From Paragordius varius (lineage: Eukaryota; Animalia; Nematomorpha): a DNA stretch of 64,000 nucleotides. The DNA is taken from contig OZ176059.1 in the NCBI GenBank assembly GCA_964247055.1, positions 2,170,001 through 2,234,000 on the forward strand, in the 5' to 3' direction. This document shows, piece after piece, positions 52,877 through 64,000 of this stretch; the first letter of the stretch is position 1; each line of letters begins with the position of its first letter. The notes under the pieces were generated by a model. It ran no database searches, had not been told where the DNA came from, and saw only the letters and a list, made by a program, of their open reading frames with translations. A program made the translations under genes and the position numbers.

Positions 52877-53378
52877 GTAATTTAATTTAATTCTCTCTAA
52901 TACTTATAAAAAAACTCCTAGTTTTGAATTAGGGGGTTTAAATAAATTTCATTTTTTATATAATAGGTAAATTATTTTATTTTTTCCATATATTTGTTTT
53001 AATTAATTGATTTTCATAAAAAATAAATAAAAGTCGTTTGGGTAAATAAATTTTTTTTTTATCATAATAGAGAAATTATTTTATATTTTCCATATAATTA
53101 GTATACTGATTTTTATAAATAAATAACCATTTAAATAGTATCATTGACTAACTGATTTGTATAATATTTGAAAAAATATAGTATTCTAATCAAATACTAA
53201 TAATTTTTTCAAAAAATGATGGGGTGTCAAAAGAATCGTTTTTATTCATATTTTTTATAAAAACGCCTTTTTAATCATTTATTTGCTTGCGAATTAATTT
53301 AAATTAAAAGCTTATTATATGGATTATATTATGCAGGAATTATATTAATTTATTGTTTTAATTTTTGTTTCATTGATA

Positions 53379-53677
53379 CAGTAAAAACTGGAATTATACG
53401 GACAAAACGTAAAAATATAAAGACAACCATATTTTTTTTCTATAAGACAACCATACTTTTTACATCTTATTTGAATATGACTCATTGTTTAAATGGCAAA
53501 GTCTGAAATAGAGATATATATTATTAACACAATCAATTCTTTATCTTACAATTGTTACTCTAAGTAGCTTATATGAGATGTATTAAGGTATTAAAAAGTA
53601 TAGTTGTCTTTTAGATAAAAATATTTTTCTATATAATTTACGTTTTGTCCTTCCGTATAATTTCAATTTTTACTCTG
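53379..53677. mobile_element. MITE family C copy
   Basis: TA|CAGTAAAAACTGGAATTATACGGACAAAACG ... CCGTATAATTTCAATTTTTACTCTG|TA. Confidence 0.82.
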
Positions 53678-53749
53678 TACCTTTGCTTTTTATATATATA
53701 CCATAGTTTTAAGGTCATTTATGTTGTGTAATTCGTTTTTTTACCATAG

Positions 53750-53860
53750 ATTTTGAACAAAGATTTGGAAAATGTTAAAGGAAAACACGATACAGTGAAA
53801 GAGAAATTGGATTTGACTGAGGCTCAACTGAAATCTCTACAACAGATTTTAAGTGCTAAG
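53750..53860 (+). CDS. CEP135: CEP135-like exon 21
   Basis: tag|ILNKDLENVKGKHDTVKEKLDLTEAQLKSLQQILSAK|gt. Confidence 0.8.
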
Positions 53861-54327
53861 GTATATATACAATAGTAAAGACTTAAAGATAATTTTAGTT
53901 TTTAATTAAAACAGACATCCATAATACTTTTTTTAAACCCTGATATTTACACATAAACTATATAATAACGATGATTGTAAAATATATATATATATATATA
54001 TTAAAATTACCAATTTACATTCATTCTATATTTTGCCATCTAAAATGATTTACATTTTTAAATAAAGGTGTATGGTTTTTTAATTTTTAGGTTCTGTAGA
54101 ATTTTAATTTTTTGGGGGTAAAATATATTATAAAAAATAAACGTTTAATTTAGCAAAATTTATTAAGGAAGTATAATTATTCGCTATTTAGCTACTTAAC
54201 TAAATAATCATAAAAAATATATACCATTTTTATTATCTGTATTAAACATTTACCAATAAAAATTTTTTTTATTAACAAAAATAATTTTTGGGGTTTAAAA
54301 AATTTTTCCTTAAAATATTTTTTAAAG

Positions 54328-54434
54328 GAACAAGAAAAAAATGCTATGTTGGAACAATGTAAAGCTCTTGAAAAACAATTACGAATAGCACAAAATCAAA
54401 AAATAACTGTAGAAACTGAGTTACGGAATTACAA
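54328..54434 (+). CDS. CEP135: CEP135-like exon 22
   Basis: aag|EQEKNAMLEQCKALEKQLRIAQNQKITVETELRNY|gttaat. Confidence 0.78.
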
Positions 54435-55594
54435 GTTAATACATATTTTTTCGATTTTATGAGAATTTTTATTAAAGCCTATCTCAGCACTACTAACGAT
54501 ATAAAAAATGGTATATTTAAGGCACAATTATTGTTATATATAAATTTTATGTTTAATAACTTAGTTTTTACCCAAAATAATAAAGGTTCAATGCATATAT
54601 ATTTATTTAATAATCAATAATTAGTTTAATATAAATGTATCTTTAATATCCAATTATTAGTAATAATCTTGTGTTTATTATCTCTATTTTACAAAGTTAA
54701 TACAAAAAAAGATCAGTTAATTATCAATCACTTTAATTTTATTCCCTTTATTAATTAAATGTATACTAATGATGGTATAGGTAAGTAGGGGCGCAGGACT
54801 TTTACACTACGTGTCAGAATTCGAACCCCGAAACAATCCATTTTTTCCATCATCACTGTCAGCCCTGGGCAGGTGAGTGTTAAAGCCTTCACATGTCCGG
54901 ATGTTACAATTTAAATCCTTACTTACCCTTTATATACTAAAAAAGGAAAAAAGAGACTCTAAACACAATATATCCGCCCAGCGGAGCCTAATATATTGGA
55001 CACCCCTGGTTAAAACTATCGAAATTAATTTTGGTGGACCTTATTTTAATTTAATGAGATATCCTACCATGGCTTAATGACTGTAAATATTTGCATTGAT
55101 AAGTAACAAAAAACTTGTATAACTTGTTATACAGGGAAGATGATTATTGAATTGGTGACACATCTATCAAAAAGTATGGTCGCATTTACGATTTTTTTGT
55201 TAATTAGTGATACTTATGGTACTTAAAAGGATATAAAATTATACAGATGAAAACCTAAAAAGTAAATTAATACCTGGTAAAATATTTTCAACCTTATTTT
55301 GTTAATCTATTATCATTTTGGAAGGAATAGGCTTATAAATTCCTACACTTTTGATTTTTATTTCGCAATTTTAATGATAGAGATTATTTACAAAAATAAA
55401 AGATATTAAAAAATGTTTTAATCTTTACGGAAAAAATATTTTTATATATGTATTTTATTGGCAGTAAAACGTATGATAATATGCAAGTTAAAAAGTAATA
55501 TTTTTTAATAAGGTCCATATTTTCTAACTTTTAAAAAAAATAAATAAAAATCAACAAATTATGGTGGTAAAAAAATTATTTTTGTCTTTTTCAG

Positions 55595-55894
55595 ACAAAC
55601 ATGCAAAGATAAAATAGAAGAGATGGGGCGTTTAACTCAACAACACGGTTTCCTTCCTAGCAATCAAAACGCAAAACACTATTTTGATTCATCAAGTTTA
55701 ACAACAATCAATACTCCTGAAAACAACCACCATAATATTAATAATGATTTTTCCAATGATGCAGAAACATATTATAAGGATAATCTATTGGCCTTGGATA
55801 AAGCACTATCATCCAATAATATTGTGGTTCAATTACAAAAAAATTTGGAGAGTCGAATAGTTGAAATATCTCAACTTAAAGCTGATATTAAAAG
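55595..55894 (+). CDS. CEP135: CEP135-like exon 23
   Basis: ttcag|QTCKDKIEEMGR..LQKNLESRIVEISQLKADIK|gt. Confidence 0.75.
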
Positions 55895-58184
55895 GTATAT
55901 TCATTATTATCTACAGTATGTACACAAGTAAAATGTAAAATTATACTATGGACAAAACGTTAATATTTTTGCTCTAAAAGAATAACTTATTGTTTTTAAC
56001 TGCAAATTATATATATACTATGGACAAAACGTAAAAATATATAGACTATATTTTTTCTCCAAAAGACAGCCAAACCATACTTTTTAACTCTTGATTATTT
56101 AGGTTATAACATTTATTGTTATAAATTGCAAATTATATATATATACTATGGACAAAACGTAAAAATATAATGACAAATATTTTTTTTCCTCCAAAAGACA
56201 ACCAAACTATACTTCAACTCTTTATTATTTAGATTATAACATTTATTGTTTAAACTATGGAAATTATATATAGTCCAGATTTATATTAGTAACACAATCA
56301 ATTTATAAATTTTATGATTGTAATAAAATGATTTTTTAGGATAAATTGAGGTAGGTTCAAGTAAATATGGTTGTCTTTTGGAATTTTGTTGTTATATTTT
56401 CACGTTTTGTCCGTATATTTAACTTTTTACAGTAAATTTAGATATGTCTAAAATTTATTGTATGAAATTGTATTAAATTAGATTTTCACCCAAAATTGTT
56501 TATAATAATTGAAATATATTTTAATATAATTATTATGCCATCTTCAGATATAAAACTGTAAAATATCAATTAATTAATTATATAAAACCATCGTTAATTA
56601 AAAGCATTGCATTAATTATAAAAATGTATGTGCATTTTATTAAAATCGGCTAATTATATACATATATGTATGTGTTATAGCAAAATTTCGTTTTTTTAAG
56701 AAATTCAATTTTAAATGGTATGTAATCATATAAATCTTGTTTTAGTATAATAAATTGTATAATTTTTTCAAAAAAACATATATAATTAATTACCTTAGAA
56801 ATATTTTTCAAATGATATTATGAAAAACTTAATTATTGCATTACACTAGACAACAAATTTTAACTTTTTTTAACTGCCATTCTTGTAAATTTAAAATTTA
56901 TTTCATTAAAGTACATAATTAGTATATCTGAAAAGAAAATTGGTCTAGCATGCAAGAATTTATTTATATTAGAGTTTATCGATAATTTTTGGCCCCGATT
57001 TAACATTAAACTCGAAATTTCGAAAATTAAAAGTTTTAGATATGAAGCCATGTATTTTATATCATTCGAAAGAGCGCAAAAAACTGCATCTTTTAAATGG
57101 TAGTAAGTCATTTAAATCAATCGGATGTAAAAGTTATTTGGATTTAAATGGTCGAAATTTTCAATCCTTAAATAAGTCAAGAATTTTCACAGACAAACTA
57201 ATTTGAAAATCATATAAATTATTTTAATATAATTATTAGGGTTAGATTAGTATTTAATTAAAAAAAATGTTTGAAAAAGCTTTTGGTTTGCTTTTTTAAT
57301 AAAAATCATTATTATCATAAATATTTTACCTAGTGGATACTAAAATGCATAGTTATAACTGTAAATTTAATACATAATGGCTAGAAAAGATCAAAAATAC
57401 CTTAAACTTTGTTTTTATCTTTAAAATTTCGAAATTATCAGCCTCGTAAAGAAAATAAATTAATATTGATAAGATGGTAATTTTTAAAAAAACAAAAAAC
57501 TTAAAAATGGCTGTTTTGAGTGACATAAAAGCAATAAAAAAAATGTTTTAATCAAAAAAACTTTCTTGTGTTATCTTTTTTGGACATTCATCACCATCTC
57601 AAAGTTTGAGCTATTTTCATCCATTAGTTTTAAAAATATAATAATTAAAAAAGTGCTCTCGCTTCGCACGTTTGTCGCTCTTTGTGTCCAATATTAACTG
57701 TCGATGTAATACATATTAGTATACATTTTATAGAGTTTTTATTACTCTTTCGAATGATATATTACAAATGGGCATTACTTGCATATTTTCAAAGAAAAAC
57801 ATTTTTTAGTAAAATTTTGATAAAGAGGGCGCATAATCAAAAAAATCAAATTATACAAGATTCTTCCATCGGGTTATAATTTTTATATCAGATTTACTGT
57901 TAGAATGATACTAAATATCAGAAAATGCAAAAAACTCGAGTGGCAGAAAAATTTGTTGTCCAGTGTTATTATTAATATTCAAAAGTTTAACTTTGTACGA
58001 TGTATGAAAATTTATTATTAAATTATAATTGATTTGTAATACGACTAAACTTTTAAATAAAAATAAGATAAATATGTTAAGGCAAGAATTTATAAAAACA
58101 CATTTATTATTTAATTTGGTCTTTAATAATTGTTTCGTTGCATAAACAATTGTCCTAATATGTTAATCTTTATGTTTTTAACAG

Positions 58185-58269
58185 ATTAGAAATAGTTTGT
58201 CAGGAATCAACTAAAGCCCAAAATTCGCTCAAAAGATCATTGGAACAAAAAAATTCTGATACCGTTGAG
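58185..58269 (+). CDS. CEP135: CEP135-like exon 24
   Basis: aacag|LEIVCQESTKAQNSLKRSLEQKNSDTVE|gt. Confidence 0.78.
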
Positions 58270-58684
58270 GTTTTTAATTTATTATCGCAATTTAATTATA
58301 ATAATTAATATATTTAATCTATTATGTAAACCTTCGATAATAAAACTTTTTTTTACTTTCTATAAAATAATGAACTGGCCGTAAGGATTTAATATATTCT
58401 TCTTTATAAAACAAAATTTAAATAACTCATTATATATTTATTATCAATGATACTTATCAAATAATTTTAGCTGCGAAATCTTTTTACATACACCATATAA
58501 CACCAATAAAAATTAGCAGTTGTTTGACACATTAGCATATATTTTTACCCAAAAAAGGTACATAAAAAAATTTAATAACTAATTCATGGCTATAAAAAGC
58601 TTTTAGGGCAGCGGTATTTAAATATTATGTTTCATTTTCTTTATTTCAAATTAACTAACCAACTTATGTTTTTTATTGTTTTAG

Positions 58685-59011
58685 CTTCAACAAACTTTAC
58701 AAAAGTTTGAACGGGATCATAGAATTCTACGGGCCGAACTTGATAGCCGTCGTCAGAGTTTACGTACGCTCCACGAGGTTATAACGTGCGCTAAAACCCG
58801 TGAAAATAATTTGCGGGCAAAAATACGTAAACTCGAAACCAAACTTAAGGATTATCTTGTTGTTAATTATCAATTGCAAGATGAACAACATGGCCTATAT
58901 TACCCAAATGAAAATAATAATAATAATGCTGATTTTGAAAGCAATACCAACTATAATAATGATAATATTAATTTAAGGACTATGAATGTGAAAATGAAGA
59001 ATGATAAGTAA
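58685..59011 (+). CDS. CEP135: CEP135-like exon 25 (terminal, or spliced at 59008)
   Basis: ttag|LQQTLQKFERDHRILRAELDSRRQSLRTLHEVI..KMKNDK*; the stop lies inside a GTAATT donor-like motif. Confidence 0.75.
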   Translation, partial: LQQTLQKFERDHRILRAELDSRRQSLRTLHEVITCAKTRENNLRAKIRKLETKLKDYLVVNYQLQDEQHGLYYPNENNNNNADFESNTNYNNDNINLRTMNVKMKNDK

Positions 59012-59300
59012 TTAAATTTTTATTTGTGTAATGATATTTGGATTACCTCAATTATTTTTGGTACAATTATATTTGCTGGGGATATTAGTTTGTTTAACTT
59101 GACGATTTTATAACTGTTTTTTTATTTTAAATTCATTTTTGAAAAAAAAATTGAGAAACGCGCCGCTCAATTCGTTAAAATAAATTTACTTTGACATACA
59201 TTAAAAATTAAAATTATACGGACAAAATGTAAAAATATAAAGACAAATATTTTTTTTAAAAAGAAAACCATACTTTTTTAAACTTCATTTTTTATAACTC

Positions 59301-60841
59301 AACCTTTAAGGGTTTTTTCTCCCAACAAGGAGGTAACCCTTCGGATAGATTTACGCCATGAGCATCGGTCCTGTGCATCTTCAATTTTCAGGTTTAAAAT
59401 AGCCAGATCGTTTTCCACAATAGAAAGCCAACTTTGTAATGGACGTCCTTTACGATTTCGCAAACTTGTAGAAAAATTGACCATCAGCGCGGTATAGCCA
59501 ACTTTCATGTGGGCGTCGGTGAACATGTCCCGCAAATCTCAGTCGATTTGTGCGCAAACAATCGATAAGCGGAGTCATTTGTAGGACAGTATATGGATCA
59601 AATTTATTATTGTAATTATAGAGGTTTGGGTTTGTAGCATAAAGTATAGTTTTTAGAATTCTCCTTTCCGCTTGTGGTAACTTTAGTGAATTTGTTTTGG
59701 TTAAAGCCATAGCTTCGGTTGCGTAAATTAGAGGTCGTATGGTGGTGGTGTACATAGTCGATTTGGATTTGAATGAAATGTATTTATTGTTTATAATACT
59801 TTTGAGTTGGTGGTATTTTGACCAGGCGTTTTTTATACGGTTATTGATGGTTGGTTCAAGGCCCCCACCAGCGCTTATAATGTCACCCAAATATGTGAAA
59901 CTTTGTACTGTTTCAAAAGGTTCTTCATTACGTACACTTTGTGGAGGCTTAGTTGGGTTAGGCGTGGTGCAATTGCTGCATATAAAATCGTGATGTAATT
60001 TTAGCGATTTCAACTGAGAGCATTTTTTGTGGACCCATTTTTTACATTTGAGGCATTGGATTGCGTTGGTTTTGACTTCTTTATTACATATTGAGCAGGG
60101 CCATTTAATGGGATTGTATATTATTATCGTTCATTAATTTTGTTTTTGATACATTTACCTTAAGTCCAAACACTAGCCGTTCTTTGGATGTTGTATGGTA
60201 AGCCTTGCTCTAAGGATTTAGAGATTTCATCCATAATAGTTATAAACAAGAACGGGCTTAAGAGCGAGCCTTGATGCAGCCCGGAGTTAATTGAGAGTGA
60301 GTCGGAGTGCCCTACGTTTGTCGCCACCTGAGCTTTGCACTCGGTATATAATGCCATTATTGATTTAACCATCCATTCGTCAATGCCTTTGTTTCGTAGG
60401 GCCCATGGGATTAGAGTTCGGGGTACCGAATTAAATGCCTTTTCAAGGTCGATAAAGGCATAAAATAAGGGGCTATTTCGAAGGTGTGCTTGTTGAAGTT
60501 GTCTTAAGATGAAAATGGCGTCTGTGGTTCCTTTGTTGGGTAAGAAACCACACTGCATTTCATTTATATCTATCCTATCTTTAAGCTTATTTAATAGAAT
60601 AAGTTCAAAAAGTTTCATACCATGTTCGAGTAATTTTATTGGGCGATAGGAGTCAGGGTTAAGTCTGTCCCCTTTGCCCTTATATAGGGGTATTATTAAG
60701 CTATTGTTCCATTCGTTTGGAGTTATATTATCGTTTTAATTATACTATTAAATATATTACACAGTATCGGTGTGCTTAGTTTTGAATCCAAGGCGCTGAT
60801 CATTTCTACAGTAAATTCAGAGGGACCGGAGGCTTTATTCC
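59301..60841 (-). mobile_element. 5'-truncated RTE-clade LINE with 11-bp TSD, inserted into a family C MITE
   Basis: TSD TTTTATAACTC at 59290-59300 and 60842-60852. Minus strand reads KASGPS, IIPLYKGKGD, GTTDAIFILRQLQ, AFIDLEKAFNSVPR, GLHQGSLLSPFLF, FTYLGD, RLRFAGHVHRR, KGRP..W..DR..WR; the YADD segment is deleted. Confidence 0.92.
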
Positions 60842-61578
60842 TTTTATAACTCATTGTTTCTATTTGAAAATTATAAAATTTATATGTATATTGGTGACAC
60901 AATCAATTCTATATATAGCAAATTTAATTAAATAGCTTATGAAAAAATTAAAGTTGAAAAAGTATGGTTGTTTTTTGTTAAAAAACTGTCTTTTTATCTT
61001 AATGTTTTGTCCGTATAATTTCAGATTTTGCTGTACTTTTCACCTAATCACATTTTAAAATCAAATATTAAGAGATATGAGCGAGCACAATTATATTTTA
61101 TATATTTTTTATATAAAATATAATTATACACCTTATTATAGTATTGATAGTGGATTTGGTCAATCAGCGGGCATCAAAACAACAACTTTCGAAAACGGTA
61201 AAATTATATATTTTTGATTATCTATGTCTATAATTTTATAATTTTCTCCATTATTAATATATTCAGTGGATCTCCTTCCCCCCTTAACTTAACTCCGAAT
61301 CATGTCAAAAATTGGCTCATTAATTGCAACACTTAAGCCCTTTGAATTAATTAATCAATTAAATTTTTGGATTAAAATATATAATATAATTGTTAATGTA
61401 TCCGAGCTATTACAAAAATTATAAAAATTAATTTATATTTCATTATGAAAATTCCTTAATAGCCCGAAACCAGTAAGTTTATGCGAAAGAATATAATCTA
61501 AAAATACAGTTAGGCTAATTTAAATTCGGAAATAAACTCATCATAAGGGGTAGGGATCATTATAGGGAGGTCTACTGT

Positions 61579-61613
<35 letters not shown>

Positions 61614-64000
61614 TATGTTTGTTTAGATTTAATACAACCTACACGCTTAACCCCCACGGCACCTCCGTACTATAGTGAGGGTTTCAGCAACAGTAATTCA
61701 TCTACATCAAATAATATCAGCAAATAATTAAAAATAACGAAACTTTTTAAAAGACAATCTATCATGTTTTATAAATTTAGATTTCGTTGAGCAATAAAAA
61801 TCAACTTTGATTATATTGAAAATGACGCTTAAATATCAATTTAGAATTATATACTCCGCAAATATGCATAGATCTCTGTAAAGTTTTTATGATAATGTAT
61901 TTAATGCACACATACATTTTAGATATAATACTTGTTAAAATTGCGCAAATTTTTTACAGTAATGAGCACTATTATAGGCCACATCTGTATTTTAAATGGC
62001 TAACAGGGTATTTAATTCACATGTATGTTGCCTTATGAGATGTTTCATTATATTAATTTCATATTTAACATTGTATTTTTTCCAAAGTTTTTAAAAATGT
62101 AGCTAATAAAAACGAAAATCATACATGACTAATGACATATATATTGAATACTCTTAGCAATTTAAACTATAGATATCGCCTACAATAGTTCTCTTTACTG
62201 TATATCGTTTTCGATTTCGAATTCCGGTATAAATATCATTTTAATGTTTTACATTGAAAAATCTCATCTCATGCCCTAAAAACAACTATTGTTATCCTAT
62301 ATTGCTCAAATGCATTAAAACATACCTTTATATATATAGGGGTATATGTTTATAAAATATTTTGTTGCATGTTTAGTATATATATAGAAATAAATTAAGA
62401 TAATAATATTTATGAAAAGCTTTTGACAAATTTATTTCCATTGTTTTATCGAAAACAGGAACCCATTTAAGTATTTCTTCCCTTTTTAAACCCTAATATA
62501 ACCATAATACCAGCTAACGCACCTTTGATATCCCTTTAACTTTTTATAGCCATTTTGAAGGGTTAAATCATTTTTATAAATAATTAAAGAGCATTGTAAA
62601 TGAGCCATTTTTGTATCATATATATATATATATATATTATATATAGATATTTTAAAGCACAAATCAATAATAATTTAATTCAAATTTTAGGGTTTGGAAT
62701 TAGAATTAGGGCCAAAAACCCGCATAAAATTTTTGAAATTTTGGTGGTCATTTTACCAGGATCGGATATTTTTCGTTTGCAAAATTAAATGACTACACCC
62801 GTTTCAATTTTAATGTAACATCATACAAAAAAATACTTACATGATTAATCAACTGCTTGTCGTTTAATTCATATTTAAATGGCTTAAAATTTTATTATAT
62901 ATTATTATTAAAATATTGAAAATGTTATGTATGCAGTTTTTACTAAAGAACACATTATAAACAAACACCTTAACAAAATTCAAAGTTTAGTCGTATTAAA
63001 AAGTCCTTCAATTTTGAGTGTGTGTAGCCTAAAATCCATTTTTAAAAAAGAAGGTTGTAGAATTGAAGGTTATCGTTATGCAAAACTCTACAAAAAGGAC
63101 CACAAAATATAGAAATAAAATTATAACCAATATATATATATATATATATATATTGCCTAGAATTGGTATAATTATATATCGTTTTAATAATCGATATTTG
63201 TGGTTAATTCATTTTTAATTGCAACTATACAAAGATATGCTGTAATCTTTTTACAAAAATCATTATATTATAATAACACAAGTATTTAATTATACAAAAA
63301 ATAAACAGTTTATCTAAGTTAATTAAAAAAACAATTTAAAAAAAATATTATTAAATTAAATTGTGAATCGGCCAATATGAAGGTCCATTTCAATAATTAA
63401 AACGCTATAATATAATATTTTAATAATTATTTGATACTTTAATTTATTGTGATGTTAGATATTTTCACAGGTTATAACCATCGCATTATACTCCAATTTA
63501 CGTTATATACCTAAAAAATTGAAATAGGATTGAATTACAATCTTACATATTTTGTAAGCGAAAAACACAAAAAACCTACGTACGACAGCAAAGGTATGTA
63601 TTTACAGTTATGTTTTTCGATACGGTAAATACGAAAAATATTTGCTATCAATTACTGTAATTAATTGCAAAATTGCTATAAAACTTGCTAGATTCCATAT
63701 TTTTTAAGCTCAACATAAATTGGTAAAACACTTAAAAAATTGAAATATATATGGTTGTTTGTTGTGATTATAAAGCCAGGGAATAATGGCCGCAATGTTA
63801 GGGTTTACAAGATGTGATTATTACAAATTATACGATACTTAACAACGTTAACCTTATGTTTGTAAAATCGATTTCTAATTTTTTTGAAATATATATATAA
63901 TTACATTTGGATAGAGTATATTAACACCTAAATTGGACTTACATTTTATTTGGTAAATAATAACCTTTAAATCTGATAATACTATCTGGACAAATGGAAC

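Larger units (their letters stand above)
34408..59011 (+). other. CEP135: CEP135 (Bld10)-like centriolar coiled-coil protein gene model; 25 exons, ~1317 aa
   Basis: N-terminal YTHLRKRLDDMGYIQPFGPESISLIQSLITDL, KNLKAIIHTPGG..FKRQRMVID, DILNMADNLIQ, LEKDRNFYRDE, LYNE and ENRLLRKDL match recalled CEP135 motifs in order. All exons chain via GT-AG in phase (3954 nt including stop). Confidence 0.85.

Noticed and set aside
54790-54880. tRNA or tRNA-derived SINE (GGGGTTCGAATTC B-box-like motif on the minus strand)
   Set aside because: No cloverleaf or convincing A box and a single copy in the window; tRNAscan-SE or a repeat search would be needed.
56870-57690. Helitron/Helentron-like fragment (CTCGCTTCGCACG motif near 57660)
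   Set aside because: Only a short motif resemblance; no defined termini or second copy.
63465-63594. Possible exons of a further gene (..LNYNLTYFVSEKHKKPTYDSK|gtatgt)
   Set aside because: Plausible splice sites but no recognisable homology and no supporting chain of exons within the window.

Overview
Very AT-rich (about 20-25% GC by eye) eukaryotic, most likely animal, genomic DNA; the species cannot be identified from sequence alone. Two intron-rich genes lie on the + strand. (1) The 3' part of a KLHL20/diablo orthologue (end of BTB, BACK, six Kelch repeats) has 13 visible exons from 846 to 23198, with large Asn/Ser-rich insertions and a ~290-aa C-terminal tail. (2) A CEP135 (Bld10)-like coiled-coil gene has 25 phase-consistent exons from 34408 to 59011 (~1317 aa), two ultra-short (27 and 30 nt) candidate introns and a possible further 3' end at 61142-61286. 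Introns and the 11-kb intergenic region are filled with TA-flanked palindromic MITE families, two long foldback elements (3.76 kb and 1.52 kb), a hAT-type MITE nested in a decayed RTE LINE, a second 5'-truncated RTE LINE with an 11-bp TSD and a PHD-type Zn finger, piggyBac-like non-autonomous copies and (TA)n microsatellites. Several exons are flanked by degenerate tandem copies of their own ends that carry decoy splice sites. Gene models were built by hand from GT-AG sites, reading phase and recalled KLHL20/CEP135 sequences; no database search was run, and many repeat boundaries are approximate.
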